Position numbers and translations under genes: made by a program. Under the pieces are notes generated by a model. The model worked only from the letters and a program-made list of their open reading frames with translations, was not told the DNA's origin and made no database searches. Shown here piece after piece: positions 35,538 through 46,753 of a stretch of 64,000 nt of DNA. Every line of letters begins with the position of its first letter. Within the stretch, counting starts at the first letter, position 1. The DNA is from Escherichia phage mobillu: sequence record MN850622.1. One strand, 5' to 3'.

Positions 35538-35748
35538 TTCTAAAGCGGATTATTTTAATTCTGTTAATGATAAGAATAAAGCTTTAATTCGCCACTTTAT
35601 TACTGAGATGGGATATACTGACTCTAAAGATTTGAAAGAGCACATTATTGAATGTTCTGTGGCTAAAAAGTTTTCTTTCACAGACAAATGTTTAAATGAG
35701 GTTATAAATCATTATGAACAATCTTGTAGCAAAACACGATTTCAATAA
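35521..35748 (+). CDS. hypothetical protein
   Basis: 75 aa; start uncertain. Confidence 0.35.
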   Translation: MMRIIDSKADYFNSVNDKNKALIRHFITEMGYTDSKDLKEHIIECSVAKKFSFTDKCLNEVINHYEQSCSKTRFQ

Positions 35749-35822
35749 GGCTTCTGTCCATAAGGACAAGAAGAAATCAGAACTTCAATCTAAACGCAAA
35801 CAAAAACATAAGGGTAAAGACT

Positions 35823-36122
35823 ATGCTTACTAAAATCAAAGAAAATCCTGCCACTGAACTTGTTATTCGATGTGAAGAACTTGCAGAGCTTTATCAGGTT
35901 AACCGAGAAGTGTGTCGTAGTGTTATCGTAGATATGGCAGACGAAGTATGTTCTCGTATTCCTTTTAGTGTCGATTTCAATCACATGAAGCCTGGCGAAA
36001 TCACTATCGTCTTTGGTTCTGACTATACTGAAGAACGGGCTCTTAACGTCCTAGAATATGAAATGTCGTTTTTCGACATACAGGACTATATTGATAGTTA
36101 TAAGGAACGATATGAGTCATAA
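35823..36122 (+). CDS. hypothetical protein
   Basis: 99 aa. Confidence 0.45.
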   Translation: MLTKIKENPATELVIRCEELAELYQVNREVCRSVIVDMADEVCSRIPFSVDFNHMKPGEITIVFGSDYTEERALNVLEYEMSFFDIQDYIDSYKERYES

Positions 36123-36273
36123 TCTTCAGAACGTAGTAGAGGCCGAACGTGAGCGTGAGGCTTTAGTCTATAATGAACTATTAGTTCAATTCTTGGTCTT
36201 ACACTCGTATGAACAGGAAGACTATACCAATTACGTTAAAAGCGTAGAAAAAGCCGTTTACAATCAACACTGA
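36112..36273 (+). CDS. hypothetical small protein
   Basis: 53 aa from internal ATG of track ORF 36058. Confidence 0.3.
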   Translation: MSHNLQNVVEAEREREALVYNELLVQFLVLHSYEQEDYTNYVKSVEKAVYNQH

Positions 36274-36285
36274 TAATGGTACTAT
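36256..36285 (+). promoter_or_regulatory. T4-type early promoter upstream of asiA
   Basis: GTTTAC + 18 + TACTAT, CCATATCAAC leader; lies inside preceding small ORF. Confidence 0.5.
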
Positions 36286-36319
36286 ATCCATATCAACTAA
36301 GTGGAATGAATAAAACGTT

Positions 36320-36592
36320 ATGAATAAAGACATTGAAATCGTACGTGAAATTATTACTATTGCTTCTATTTTGATTAAATTCTCTAGGGAAGATATTGTT
36401 GAAGACCGAGCAAGTTTCATCGGATTCTTGAATGAGATTGGAATTAAAAAAGATGGTCGGCAGCTAAATCAGAATTCGTTCAGAAAACTAATTACAAATT
36501 TAACTGCCGAAGAAAAGAAAACACTGATTAGTGAATTCAATGAAGGTTTTGAAAATATTTATCGTCATTTAGCGATGTATTCTAACAACTAA
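36320..36592 (+). CDS. asiA: AsiA anti-sigma-70 factor
   Basis: 90 aa; MNKDIEIVREIITIASILIKFSREDIVE...LNEIG near-identical to T4 AsiA. Confidence 0.9.
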   Translation: MNKDIEIVREIITIASILIKFSREDIVEDRASFIGFLNEIGIKKDGRQLNQNSFRKLITNLTAEEKKTLISEFNEGFENIYRHLAMYSNN

Positions 36593-37252
36593 TTATTTAG
36601 CCCTTCCTAGTATTCGGACCGCTTGGTTGCATATAGCCGCTAAGCGATCTTCCTCAAGTATATTATTCCCCTTATACCAATACATCGTCACAGTTCCAGC
36701 ATAGATGTTATCCAAATTAAAGTATGGACAACTATACATATAAGAAAGTTCGGCAGTCTTAGATTTTGTAGGCAAAAATGCAAATTCTGATTTAGATGAG
36801 AAATGACGGCCACTTAAATGAATTATATATTCATTGGCCGTTTTATCCACCGGGAATCCGCCAAGGGACTTTTCAGAAATTGTGCTAGGTAGTTTGCCTT
36901 CATAAGCTATAAGGTCGACAAAATAATTTAAGTTTTTAGGTCTGAAAGAATACACAGCACTAAAATCTGCACCAGATGAGATATGAACTATTTGCAGTTG
37001 TTCTAGAGCCGCAGATTCAAAACGTAAAGCTCGTTCTTTTTGGATTATTTCAGTATAAGTATCATACTTAGCTCTTACATAATAATCCAGCAAAATACTT
37101 CCTTTGTACCATATTAGTGCCATTAGGAACAAAAGAATAATTACCGCTACTCGGGACATTAAAACCTTTCCAGTAGCGTTATCTTTGAAAATACGATCTA
37201 GCAACCCAAATAGAATATCACTAAGCGAAAATGACACTTTTGGTGTTGCCAT
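36593..37252 (-). CDS. t: holin T
   Basis: 219 aa; SFSLSDILFGLLDRIFKDNATGKV...MYSCPYFNLDNIYAG matches T4 holin; AAGGAGG RBS and late promoter upstream. Confidence 0.9.
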   Translation of the reverse strand: MATPKVSFSLSDILFGLLDRIFKDNATGKVLMSRVAVIILLFLMALIWYKGSILLDYYVRAKYDTYTEIIQKERALRFESAALEQLQIVHISSGADFSAVYSFRPKNLNYFVDLIAYEGKLPSTISEKSLGGFPVDKTANEYIIHLSGRHFSSKSEFAFLPTKSKTAELSYMYSCPYFNLDNIYAGTVTMYWYKGNNILEEDRLAAICNQAVRILGRAK

Positions 37253-37261
37253 AATACCTCC

Positions 37262-37813
37262 TTACTTAAAGATATTTATAATTCGTTTAACAAGTGATTT
37301 GCTTTCAAGGTCAGGGAATTTAGGGAATTCGCCGCCAAGATGTTCATGTTTTTCTAAAAGGGCAAAGAATTTTTTGAGCTCTTTAAATTTTCGTTTTTCT
37401 TCTCTATTAGCAACCTCTGCATCAATAAGAGAACTTAAAACACTGAATAATTTATAGAGTTCATGAATTTTCTTATCACGTTGAACTACCCGCTTATACG
37501 CTTCATCTTCCTTCCACCCGTCGTCAGTCCAAAGGTCAAATTCACCTGGTTCTTCTGTAGTGACATTTTGAAGAGCACCTGGAGTGTCAATAACAATTTT
37601 TTGCTTATCATAAGTCCATACTGTTTTTCCGCGATGGTCTTCAACATATACCCATTCTTGCTCGCGTTCATCAAATATAACAGCATAGCCTTCTTTAGGG
37701 TCTAAAGGTTTTTTTGGTGTCGAATGAGCCGGAAATCCTACGCCTTTTAATGGTTTATAATTTTCTTCTTTGTAAAATTCTTTAGTGTCAAAATAATAGT
37801 GATAGAGTTTCAT
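37262..37813 (-). CDS. 38: gp38 tail-fibre assembly chaperone (Tfa-like)
   Basis: 183 aa; MKLYHYYFDTKEFYKEENYKP, EDHRGKTVW Tfa signature; downstream of gene 37. Confidence 0.85.
   Translation of the reverse strand: MKLYHYYFDTKEFYKEENYKPLKGVGFPAHSTPKKPLDPKEGYAVIFDEREQEWVYVEDHRGKTVWTYDKQKIVIDTPGALQNVTTEEPGEFDLWTDDGWKEDEAYKRVVQRDKKIHELYKLFSVLSSLIDAEVANREEKRKFKELKKFFALLEKHEHLGGEFPKFPDLESKSLVKRIINIFK
37273..37280 (-). promoter_or_regulatory. late promoter (TATAAATA) for holin t
   Basis: Reverse-complement TATAAATA, then AAGGAGG and ATG of t. Confidence 0.6.
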
Positions 37814-37820
37814 ATTATAA

Positions 37821-37838
37821 AAAGGGACCGAAGTCCCT
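37821..37838 (-). terminator. UUCG hairpin between genes 37 and 38 (terminator and split-RBS element)
   Basis: On - strand: TAAGGAG-aagggaCTTCGgtccctt-tttataat-ATG(38). Confidence 0.55.
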
Positions 37839-37843
37839 TCTCC

Positions 37844-40800
37844 TTATGCTAAACGAACGATATAGTTAAAAGCAACGTTTTTAACTGTGTTTTCTGTATT
37901 TCCTGTGGCATTTACAGTTATTGTATGTCCATGGGAACCAATTGCAACAGTATGAGAATGAGCACCAATACCTACCGAATGGGTATGAGCACCAATACCC
38001 ACAGTATGAGCATGGTTACCAGTAGCGCTAGTAGTTCCTGACCAACTATGAGTGTGGGCACCGTCTGAAGAAGTTTTGGCTATATTCGACCCTGCAGTAG
38101 CACCGTTCACGGTTCCAGTGAATTTAGCGTTGGCGTTTGCACCTACACTATTATATCCGTCATAGAATATGTTATTGGGTATGCCGGCTTGTATCTGAGG
38201 ACCTGAACGCGCGTGTTGGTGCGCACCAGCGGAACTAGTATTACCACTCACTGTATGGTTATGGTTACCAGTGGTATTACTGGTCTTAGTACCATAATCA
38301 AAGCTTGAAGTCGTTTTGCTACCGTAATCAAAACTAGAAGTGGTCTTAGTACCCAAATCTGTGCTTGATGCACTTGCACTATGGCTATGTGACTTAACAC
38401 CGTCTGCTTCTGTACTCAATACAGCACGCCCAGATGGTTTACCCTTGATAGTTTGACCACGCATATCAGGCAGAGCGCCGGAAGGATACACCGCAGCTAA
38501 CTTAGGATACAAGTCAGCATCAAATGTTTGACCTTCCATTATGGCATAACCTTCAGGAGGTGTATCAGTAGGCCAAGGAATCGGAGCACCAATAGGATAA
38601 CTTGAGACAATATCCGTCTTAAGGTTATTTATTGTGGTATTCAAGTTAGCAAAATTACCAGTGCCGCCAGTGATGTTACCATCAGTACCGAATTGAGCAT
38701 TACCGACTTTAAGAGGTTTAGCTATATCAACCGTATCAGAGTTTAATGCAATACCATGGGAGTAGGTGTAACTGTGCATACGAACGATGTTACCGCCATC
38801 GCCAATACCTAAATACCATTTCGGAACATCTGCTTTACGTCCTTGAATGAAGTTAGAAGACTCTTGTGTTGGAGCATTTATTCTAATAGCATCTGATGCC
38901 ATATTTACTGTTATTCGTTGACCAGCCGTAGTTCCAGCCGCTTCTACTTTAAATCTACCGCCGCCGATATCTACATCATGATCCATGGAAACTTTACCAT
39001 TACTTAATGTAATATAGAATGGACGTAAATTAGAAATACCACCTGATTCACCAGCATTCTGCGGAGTTGGAATAATATAAAACTTATCTTCAGAACGACG
39101 GAAAATAGCACCATATTCAGCATCGTAAATACGGAAAGCATCAGCAGTCCCGCCAATTTTAACCTGTCCGGTAATTGAGGCACCACCTTGAACAAACAAT
39201 CCATTATTCATTGTAACGTTGCCAACTAGAGTGCTTAATCCGTTAACTCTAAGACTTCCGTCGGTTATTAAGCTTCCTCTAGCATTAACCTGTCCATTGA
39301 ACTGAGTTACAACAGGGCCTGTAGTTTCAGAACCGGTCGGAGCTACGCGTTGAGAATAGAAATAATAACCTTGGCCATCAGAAACCTCAAATACGGTTTC
39401 TCGAGCTTTATCACCAGTAGCATTAAATGAGTTACCCCATGCTTTCACGGTCACATAACTTTTGTTCTGACCTGCACGAGTACCGCCTTCCCACATTATT
39501 TGCTTAGTGCCATCAATACCTGAAGCTGCTTTAAAAACTAGAGAAGCATTAGTTCCATCACCATTAAAATATAATCCGTTATTAAGTTTTAACGTTTGAA
39601 CAGAAGCGATGGTACCATCAGCACGCAAATTTAGCGAATTTGAACCAGTTTTAATATCTAAAATGCCGGGCTCAACAAGAAGTCCATCGCCCATACTAAC
39701 GGACATACGACCTGTACCACGGAAATAGTGATACATCTTAGCATTGCTGCTATATCCGATATGAGTCTGTCCATCGCCGTTATTATTACCATCAACATCG
39801 GTACGCGCAGTAAACATTGCTTGGTTATTATTTGGGAAATCCCAAGTAGAACCTGAATCTCGGCTATAACCAACCATCAATTTCTTGGTGCTGTTAATAC
39901 CATTGTTCAAAATGGTAGCCGAAGAAATACCGTTGGCCATTAAATCGATAACGCCGTCGCGAACCCATTTAATACCTGTATCGTTATCACCAATGGCAAT
40001 ACCTTTACCAAACGAAACCAATGGATAACGTCCTTGGTCACCAACATCAGCAAGACCTATACCTATCGAATTAGCAACAGACATACGCCCATCTGTGGTA
40101 TAAGACCATTGATAAACTTCGGCATTACGTCCCGTCCAATACGAAATATTCTGTGGTTTACCTGAACGAGCATCAGCAACTTCATGGAAAATAGCAGAAG
40201 AAACATGTCCGCGGAATTTACGAAGGTAGTTTATACCATTAGTATCCAAATCCGTTTCGGTTGGAGTATACTGCCAAGTCGGTAATGAAACTAAATCATA
40301 TGCAGTATCAATATTAGTGTCCCAAGATTTAGTGCTCACATTGATGTTTTTGGTAATAACTTTAGGACCAATTAAAGAACCAGCTTTAGTTTCAATATTA
40401 CTTTGAGTAACTAAATATCCATTAGATACTAATAAACTTCCGGAATCAACTTGAAAATTACCGTTTCGATTAAAAGTCCAGTATTTTGAAGTCCCGGTTT
40501 CATCAATATAATGGAATTTAAAACTACCTTCGTTTACTAATGTACCAGCAGAAAAAGTTCCATCTTTATAGCGTTGTTTAATCAGTGGATGGTATTCTGA
40601 AACAGAAGTAGTTGAACTTAAATCTGTAAAGATAGGGGCTTTATTCGAATGTTGGTTAGCCCAAGCGCCATTTCCAGTGGTTTTAGGTAAAAATTCAATG
40701 TATTTTCCTGCATAAACAAACTGATTTCCATTGAGATTATACGTGCCGTTTTGTAAATAATCACCAGTTTGAGTTACATTACCGTTAATATCCCCGCCCT

Positions 40801-40960
40801 TAGCAAAGCCTAGGCTAATAATATTACCGAGGTCATCTTTGGTAAAAAGAGTTCGATCTTTTAAGTTTATCGCTAATTCGCCTTCGGCTAATTGTGCTGC
40901 AGTAGGATTAACTCCTGCTACTTTGCTTCTTTTAAATTGTATCTGTTTTAATGTAGCCAT
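37844..40960 (-). CDS. 37: gp37 long tail fibre distal subunit (receptor-binding)
   Basis: 1038 aa; N-terminus [13 protein letters not shown] and C-terminal His-box region ([24 protein letters not shown]...NYIVRLA) match T4 gp37. Confidence 0.95.
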   Translation of the reverse strand: MATLKQIQFKRSKVAGVNPTAAQLAEGELAINLKDRTLFTKDDLGNIISLGFAKGGDINGNVTQTGDYLQNGTYNLNGNQFVYAGKYIEFLPKTTGNGAWANQHSNKAPIFTDLSSTTSVSEYHPLIKQRYKDGTFSAGTLVNEGSFKFHYIDETGTSKYWTFNRNGNFQVDSGSLLVSNGYLVTQSNIETKAGSLIGPKVITKNINVSTKSWDTNIDTAYDLVSLPTWQYTPTETDLDTNGINYLRKFRGHVSSAIFHEVADARSGKPQNISYWTGRNAEVYQWSYTTDGRMSVANSIGIGLADVGDQGRYPLVSFGKGIAIGDNDTGIKWVRDGVIDLMANGISSATILNNGINSTKKLMVGYSRDSGSTWDFPNNNQAMFTARTDVDGNNNGDGQTHIGYSSNAKMYHYFRGTGRMSVSMGDGLLVEPGILDIKTGSNSLNLRADGTIASVQTLKLNNGLYFNGDGTNASLVFKAASGIDGTKQIMWEGGTRAGQNKSYVTVKAWGNSFNATGDKARETVFEVSDGQGYYFYSQRVAPTGSETTGPVVTQFNGQVNARGSLITDGSLRVNGLSTLVGNVTMNNGLFVQGGASITGQVKIGGTADAFRIYDAEYGAIFRRSEDKFYIIPTPQNAGESGGISNLRPFYITLSNGKVSMDHDVDIGGGRFKVEAAGTTAGQRITVNMASDAIRINAPTQESSNFIQGRKADVPKWYLGIGDGGNIVRMHSYTYSHGIALNSDTVDIAKPLKVGNAQFGTDGNITGGTGNFANLNTTINNLKTDIVSSYPIGAPIPWPTDTPPEGYAIMEGQTFDADLYPKLAAVYPSGALPDMRGQTIKGKPSGRAVLSTEADGVKSHSHSASASSTDLGTKTTSSFDYGSKTTSSFDYGTKTSNTTGNHNHTVSGNTSSAGAHQHARSGPQIQAGIPNNIFYDGYNSVGANANAKFTGTVNGATAGSNIAKTSSDGAHTHSWSGTTSATGNHAHTVGIGAHTHSVGIGAHSHTVAIGSHGHTITVNATGNTENTVKNVAFNYIVRLA
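38294..38353 (-). repeat. tandem in-frame 30-nt repeat inside gene 37 (receptor-binding region)
   Basis: Encodes [10 protein letters not shown] / [10 protein letters not shown] twice, with synonymous nucleotide differences. Confidence 0.6.
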
Positions 40961-40968
40961 AAGTCCTC

Positions 40969-41634
40969 TTAATAATAGCCGAAATCTTGAACAGAATCTT
41001 TAATTACAATCTGGTCGAAACGAGGAACATGATTAGCCTCAGACGCCGGATTCTGTGAGAAAAAGTTTGGTGCTGTTAAAGTACCAGTCATGGTATCGCC
41101 TTTACGCAATACACGGGAATTTGCGTTATCCGTAACAATATTTATTCTTCCATCAACATAATCTTTTCTTGTGAGATCATTTGCTGCAACCGGAGCAGTC
41201 ATATCGCTTCTTACTTGACCAGCTGCCGACACAACGCCTTTTGTATTAATATCACCATTACGTGTATTGATTACTACAGTTCTACCAGCTGTTCCTTGTG
41301 ATGATTTAAAACCAATACCGTACCATGAAACAATATCAATATTTGCTGTAACAAAAGTAGCTGCATCACCGTTACCTGGATAAACACCACATGGGTTTGT
41401 ATTGTTTATAGCATATGGTATTTGCACACCACTGTTAAATGTTACCTTTGAAGCGTAAGTACCACCGTTTGCTTTAGAAACGAAATCGTTATCAGCAGCT
41501 TGTGGCTTATTATATTCCGAATAGAGTTTAAACGTTTTATACAGGACGTCATCACCTGCTGGCATTAAAGGGAAATTACCTTGATGCCATATAACGGCAC
41601 CACCAGTTGTACTACCAGCTTTTAAATCGGCCAT
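40969..41634 (-). CDS. 36: gp36 long tail fibre hinge protein
   Basis: 221 aa from ATG 41634 ([21 protein letters not shown], late promoter upstream); track TTG start 41670 lies in promoter. Confidence 0.85.
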   Translation of the reverse strand: MADLKAGSTTGGAVIWHQGNFPLMPAGDDVLYKTFKLYSEYNKPQAADNDFVSKANGGTYASKVTFNSGVQIPYAINNTNPCGVYPGNGDAATFVTANIDIVSWYGIGFKSSQGTAGRTVVINTRNGDINTKGVVSAAGQVRSDMTAPVAANDLTRKDYVDGRINIVTDNANSRVLRKGDTMTGTLTAPNFFSQNPASEANHVPRFDQIVIKDSVQDFGYY

Positions 41635-41659
41635 AGTTGTCTCCTTATATGTATACCCA

Positions 41660-41667
41660 TATTTATA
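41660..41667 (-). promoter_or_regulatory. late promoter (TATAAATA) for gene 36
   Basis: Reverse-complement TATAAATA between gp35 terminator hairpin and AAGGAG-ATG of gene 36. Confidence 0.6.
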
Positions 41668-41692
41668 CAAAAATGGGAGACCGAAGTCTCCC
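41668..41692 (-). terminator. intrinsic terminator after gene 35
   Basis: On - strand: gggagaCTTCGgtctccc + ATTTTTG. Confidence 0.65.
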
Positions 41693-41697
41693 TAAAT

Positions 41698-42825
41698 TTA
41701 TTCTGATGCTTCTTTAAATTCTTGCCCAAATACCTTACCAGTATCAGTTGAAGATTGAGTAGGTAATGTCATTATGTCTGGAGCACTTAAAGATTCTGAA
41801 ACATAATTTACACGAATACCATTTATACCAAACTCAGCAGGTTTTGAAACGCTTCCATTACATGATACTTCAGTGAATATAACGTTTCTTAATCCACCTT
41901 GCCCGACTGGAGCTGTACGATAACAATAAATCGTGAACCCGTCAGCACCAGCAGGAATTTCTATGTAGTCTTCATATATCTTCCATTCACCTGCAACCCC
42001 ATCAAAGTTTATATCCTTAAATGAAATAGGTGAAGTAGAAGGAGATTTAAAGAAACGAATAGAAAGTCGTGTCGTCCCTTGTGCTAACAAATCAGCATCG
42101 GCCATTAGTTGGAATTTCATATAAAGGAAATCTCCAGGCTTCAATTTATACCCAGCGAGAGGTGTAATAATGGACGTTGTAGGCATCCTTTTAATTTCAT
42201 TATTAGTACCTCCAACAGCAGATAAAAATGTGTCTGTCGATTCGTACGTACGACTAGGGAAGCCGGTAGCACCAATATCATCGATCGTGTCGTACACAAC
42301 ATCAAGTGGTGTACTATAGTCGGTTGAAGTTTTCTTATTACTATACTTAATATGTTCTAGTGCTATAGCATTCTTACCAGAAATATAAAATGCCGAATAA
42401 GAAATGTCCACTATATTTAAAACTTGTTGAGCTAATGGAATAGCAGAACTTCCGGCTTTATTAAACCATGTAAGAACTTCTGGCGGAAAGTTTGTTTTAG
42501 CGTTAGTAACAAGAGCAAATATAAAATTTGAAGAATATGTGTCCATGAAAGTAACAAATGCACTTGACGTGGCGTCGTTTTCAGTAGAGAAATTATATGT
42601 CTTAGATTCAACTACTGCACCCGTTGTAGGATTTATTACACGAACGTTTAATCCAACGGAAAAAACCTGGGACCCAAGTGGATTATCCTGGAACTTAATA
42701 TAAGCAGGAGATGTTGATAGCGGGCAAGAGCCCGCTATGCTTAATTTAAATCGTACTGAATTGCTTTCCGATAAAAATGGCGTTTGGACGTATCCTTGTC
42801 CAAACTTAGCCATAAATTTTTCCAT
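41698..42825 (-). CDS. 35: gp35 long tail fibre hinge connector
   Basis: 375 aa; MEKFMA...LSESNSVR, C-terminal PAEFGINGIRVNY match T4 gp35. Confidence 0.85.
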   Translation of the reverse strand: MEKFMAKFGQGYVQTPFLSESNSVRFKLSIAGSCPLSTSPAYIKFQDNPLGSQVFSVGLNVRVINPTTGAVVESKTYNFSTENDATSSAFVTFMDTYSSNFIFALVTNAKTNFPPEVLTWFNKAGSSAIPLAQQVLNIVDISYSAFYISGKNAIALEHIKYSNKKTSTDYSTPLDVVYDTIDDIGATGFPSRTYESTDTFLSAVGGTNNEIKRMPTTSIITPLAGYKLKPGDFLYMKFQLMADADLLAQGTTRLSIRFFKSPSTSPISFKDINFDGVAGEWKIYEDYIEIPAGADGFTIYCYRTAPVGQGGLRNVIFTEVSCNGSVSKPAEFGINGIRVNYVSESLSAPDIMTLPTQSSTDTGKVFGQEFKEASE

Positions 42826-42833
42826 AATACCTC

Positions 42834-45800
42834 TTATTCAATCCACTCGAATTTAACAGATTTATTCACAGGGTCTGGAATAATGCGGACATTACCAATC
42901 CTTAAGAAATCCCTTATTGTCAAGTTTCCGATTGTTGCATTATCAGAAGGTAAAGCACCAATATCAGAAGGTTGAGGAGGGTTTCCACCATCAAATACCT
43001 GAACAAAACTTGACCAAGAATTTTTAGTTTTCTGCCATGTACGAGTCCAACGGGTTGTACGTGCTTCTGGAGTTGTTGGATAAGTAATCCAATCTTGGTA
43101 AAGTGAATCAAGTGTGTTACCAAACTGAGTCAGTGTACCAGGAGATTTAACTTCTTCGCCACGTTCTAAGTATGGAAGCCCAGTCACTTCATTAGTTTTT
43201 TCAACCATTTTAAAATAACCTGGGAACTGGTTATAAGTGGCTGAATCGTTAATATCAATTGACCAGAATCCTACATTATCAGATGTTGGCGCACGGGTAT
43301 ATAAATCGGATGTTTTAGTACCCTGAGAACGAATTCTCGAGTTAACAGTCAAACCGCCAGAATTTATAGTAGCACCTTTGGCAATGATTAAGCTTTCACC
43401 AATCGTAACTTGTCCGGATTGATTATTAATTGATAATGGACGTAATCCATTAAATCCACCGGCCTGATCACCAGATGCAGTAAGCATAAAATATGTGCTG
43501 CCGCCATCATTGCGAATAAAGAATCCGTAATCACCACTAATTGCTCTAAATGCATTTGCAGACTTGCTAATGAATTCGCCATTGGCTGTAACTGAACGAC
43601 CAAATGTTGCAACGCCATTCGCATTTAACGTGCCTGAAGCGTTAACATTTATTGGCATCACAGTACCATTAATGCTAAACGTTATATTCCCAGCTTTATT
43701 ACGTTGAGAATAAAAGTGATTAGATGTTTCATCACCAACTTCAAATACAGTAGAACGTGTTGTATCTGAACCACCACCACCAAATTCATTTCCCCAAACT
43801 CTGATAGTCATCGTCTGTGCTGGGTTAGTTCCAGTCTGAGGTCCTTTCTCAAAAATCAGACGAGTTGCCGTTCCAGTATTAGAAATAGTTAATGTACTAT
43901 TTGCCGAAACTGAACCACCAAACGTAGCAGTACTAGTTGATACAAGAGGGGCACTCAGATTCGTTTGTTGGGTTAAGGTTAGTGAACCATTAACCGTCTG
44001 TGCAATGTCCCTACGAATGAACTGAGATGAATCTAGGCCATCTAATAAATTTGCGTCAGCAGCTTTTGCTTTTAATGGCAAATAGTTAGCAAGTACACGG
44101 TTTAATTCATATGGAGAAATAGCATAACTATTTTTTTCATATGATTCTAAAGGTTGTGTTGAACCAACTGTATCATTACCAACGAATGTAATTGAACCAG
44201 ATGAAGTTTTAACAAAACCTCTTATTGCAGTAGTAGCAGCCCATGTTGGTTCATTCTGGACAATCCATTTTAAATTCTTAGGAGATACAGCAGTATTAGC
44301 AGAAGTTCCTGTTATAGTTTCAGCCTGAGTAGCAACCTTAATTACGCCTTCAGACGTTTCAGTGGACTTAGTCCCTAAAAGCTTTTTAGGAGTAATAAGA
44401 ACATCATCTAAAGTTCCTGCATTAGATTCTGCCTGAGTCGCTACGCGAAGTGTACCACGTTGTGTTTCATTTGCTTTAGAAATATCAAGAGTATAATGGT
44501 TCCACAAGGTTCCTTCTTCAATAAGTCCAGAATCAGAATTAACACTGGTACGGTCAGAAGAATCAAAATGAGTTTTAATTTTCAGTGGAGTCGAGATACG
44601 AGTATCATCAGTTCCAGTATCAAATTCGACTTGCGTAGCAAGTTCGGCTATGCCGGATAATCCTTCCGTAGCTTTCCTATCATTTAACGTCTTAGGCGTT
44701 ACTGCACGTGTATAATCAGTCCCAGCATTAGTTTCTGCTTGCGTAGCAATTTCAATTAAACCAATACGTCCATCAGTAGAAGTTTTCTTATGTAGTGTTT
44801 CAGGAGTTACTACAGCGTGAGAATAACCTGCTTGTGATTGACCAGCAATTACTTCACTATCAACAGCTAAAATTACTGCACCTTGTTGAGCATAAGTTGC
44901 TTTATATTGGTCAAGGGCTTTAGGAGAAATAGTTAAATTATTTATGGTTTTATTATAAACGTTAGTGCCTGCAGCACCACGAGTTTCAGCAGGAGTAGCA
45001 GAAGTAGTTGATACATATTTAACTATACCAGATAGTGTTTCAGAGCCCTGACGTGCCTGCAATTTCTTAGGTGTAATAATCGTTGTGTCATCAAGACCAG
45101 CATCGGTTTCGGTCTGAGTAGCAATTTCGGCAAGACCACGACGAGTTTCAGTTGCTGTACGCTCATTTAGTTTTTTAGGCGTAACAATAGTATCATCTAC
45201 AAATGTTGCTGTGGAATTCTGGTTAACTTGTGCTGTTGTGGCAATTTTAGCGATACCACGTCGAGCTTCAGTTGCTGTACGATTTGCCAATGTTTCCGGA
45301 GTAATAGCAACTTCTTTAGCTGGAGTATTCTCTAAATCAACATTTGCTTGCGCTTGAGTAGCAAGAGCAATAACACCTAAACGAGCTCGTGTAGCATCAG
45401 TTCCAGCATCAACACGTTCTACAGTAGGGACGTTTTGTTGAACAACCCAATAACGTGTACCAGCAACGGTGTCTTCGATATACGCTAATTCTAATACAGG
45501 AACATATGAAGTAGTGCCATTGAATTCTAGTTCAGTAACAGAGACCCATTGAGCATCAGGTGGATATTCAGAACGTTTAGGGAACTGAAGCAATGCAACA
45601 GAAGAAGCAATTGTATCACCTTCGGCAGCTTTAATTTTTACTGTTTGGCCTTTACGCATGTAGTTCATTGAAATTTTAACAGTGTCACCACTCAAAATTC
45701 CGGAAGGCAGCGTAAGATTAATAGTTCCGGCTGTAGCGTTATTTGTGCCAAAAATAAGAACTTCTTCATTTGGACGAATATTTGAATCCGCACGGATAAT

Positions 45801-46712
45801 ACGAAGACGCGATTTCTGGTCGCCTTCCCATATACGCCATAAACTATTTGCAGCATCAAAAACAAAAAACGCGTCAGAGTCATTTCTGCCTTCGGCAATA
45901 TGAGTCCCGACTTCACCAATAGACGTTGTATCATCAAATGTTTTAACAATTGTATGATACAGTGGGTTTAATTTATCTAAATCAACTAGGTGGATTATAT
46001 CACCATTGTTAGCATTACGTGGAAGTGTAATGTTGATTGGTGCTGCACTAGTAAAACGACGAACGATAAAATCATTTGCTTGTGCTTGATATGGTGTCGC
46101 AGGTGTAACAGTGATTGATTCTTTACCATAATCGGTAATATACATCTGCCACAAACGATTACTAAACACAAACAATAGTTGTGAACGCGGACGCGTCATT
46201 AAAACCGTACGAACTTGTTCACCTCTAAAGTTTAAAATGCTCTGCACAGACGCGTTAATCTGTACTTTAACTGTCCCGGTTCTTCCGCCAATATCAGCCA
46301 AAACAACAGTATCGCCATCAACCGGCGTATTCGGCAACGTGAAAACCATATCATTACCGGCACCAGTGTTAACCGAAATAGATTCACCTGAAGAAAGTTG
46401 ATAAGTCCCAGAAGCGACAGTTATCCATTGTGCATCAGTACGAACTGCACGCCATTGTAAAAGGTTAAATGCCCCGGAAGGAGACACGATATCATTTATT
46501 GCTTGATATAAACGGTTGTCATAAAGAACAACAAATCCTTTGTTATATCCACGCGTAGAATCATATACTTGAACGGTGTTTTCTTGTACCAGGAAGTCAA
46601 CGTTTACGCCATCAGTACCTACTGTACGGTCGGCTAATGCTACGTTAACAATCTTGTCGCCACCGGCGTCCAGACCGTCTTCGGCTCTGAACTTACGTTT
46701 GATGTCGGCCAT
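42834..46712 (-). CDS. 34: gp34 long tail fibre proximal subunit
   Basis: 1292 aa; MADIKRKFRAEDGLDAGGDKIVNVALADRTVGTDGVNVD and C-terminus match T4 gp34. Confidence 0.95.
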   Translation of the reverse strand: MADIKRKFRAEDGLDAGGDKIVNVALADRTVGTDGVNVDFLVQENTVQVYDSTRGYNKGFVVLYDNRLYQAINDIVSPSGAFNLLQWRAVRTDAQWITVASGTYQLSSGESISVNTGAGNDMVFTLPNTPVDGDTVVLADIGGRTGTVKVQINASVQSILNFRGEQVRTVLMTRPRSQLLFVFSNRLWQMYITDYGKESITVTPATPYQAQANDFIVRRFTSAAPINITLPRNANNGDIIHLVDLDKLNPLYHTIVKTFDDTTSIGEVGTHIAEGRNDSDAFFVFDAANSLWRIWEGDQKSRLRIIRADSNIRPNEEVLIFGTNNATAGTINLTLPSGILSGDTVKISMNYMRKGQTVKIKAAEGDTIASSVALLQFPKRSEYPPDAQWVSVTELEFNGTTSYVPVLELAYIEDTVAGTRYWVVQQNVPTVERVDAGTDATRARLGVIALATQAQANVDLENTPAKEVAITPETLANRTATEARRGIAKIATTAQVNQNSTATFVDDTIVTPKKLNERTATETRRGLAEIATQTETDAGLDDTTIITPKKLQARQGSETLSGIVKYVSTTSATPAETRGAAGTNVYNKTINNLTISPKALDQYKATYAQQGAVILAVDSEVIAGQSQAGYSHAVVTPETLHKKTSTDGRIGLIEIATQAETNAGTDYTRAVTPKTLNDRKATEGLSGIAELATQVEFDTGTDDTRISTPLKIKTHFDSSDRTSVNSDSGLIEEGTLWNHYTLDISKANETQRGTLRVATQAESNAGTLDDVLITPKKLLGTKSTETSEGVIKVATQAETITGTSANTAVSPKNLKWIVQNEPTWAATTAIRGFVKTSSGSITFVGNDTVGSTQPLESYEKNSYAISPYELNRVLANYLPLKAKAADANLLDGLDSSQFIRRDIAQTVNGSLTLTQQTNLSAPLVSTSTATFGGSVSANSTLTISNTGTATRLIFEKGPQTGTNPAQTMTIRVWGNEFGGGGSDTTRSTVFEVGDETSNHFYSQRNKAGNITFSINGTVMPINVNASGTLNANGVATFGRSVTANGEFISKSANAFRAISGDYGFFIRNDGGSTYFMLTASGDQAGGFNGLRPLSINNQSGQVTIGESLIIAKGATINSGGLTVNSRIRSQGTKTSDLYTRAPTSDNVGFWSIDINDSATYNQFPGYFKMVEKTNEVTGLPYLERGEEVKSPGTLTQFGNTLDSLYQDWITYPTTPEARTTRWTRTWQKTKNSWSSFVQVFDGGNPPQPSDIGALPSDNATIGNLTIRDFLRIGNVRIIPDPVNKSVKFEWIE

Positions 46713-46742
46713 TCGTTTTTCCTTTATTGTTTCAATAATACT

Positions 46743-46750
46743 TATTTATA
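46743..46750 (-). promoter_or_regulatory. late promoter (TATAAATA) for gene 34
   Basis: Reverse-complement TATAAATA about 30 nt upstream of gene 34 ATG. Confidence 0.6.
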
Positions 46751-46753
46751 CCA

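Noticed and set aside
41635-41670. TTG-initiated extension of gene 36 (track start 41670)
   Set aside because: The extension covers a late promoter TATAAATA and the AAGGAG RBS; ATG at 41634 gives MADLK... matching T4 gp36.
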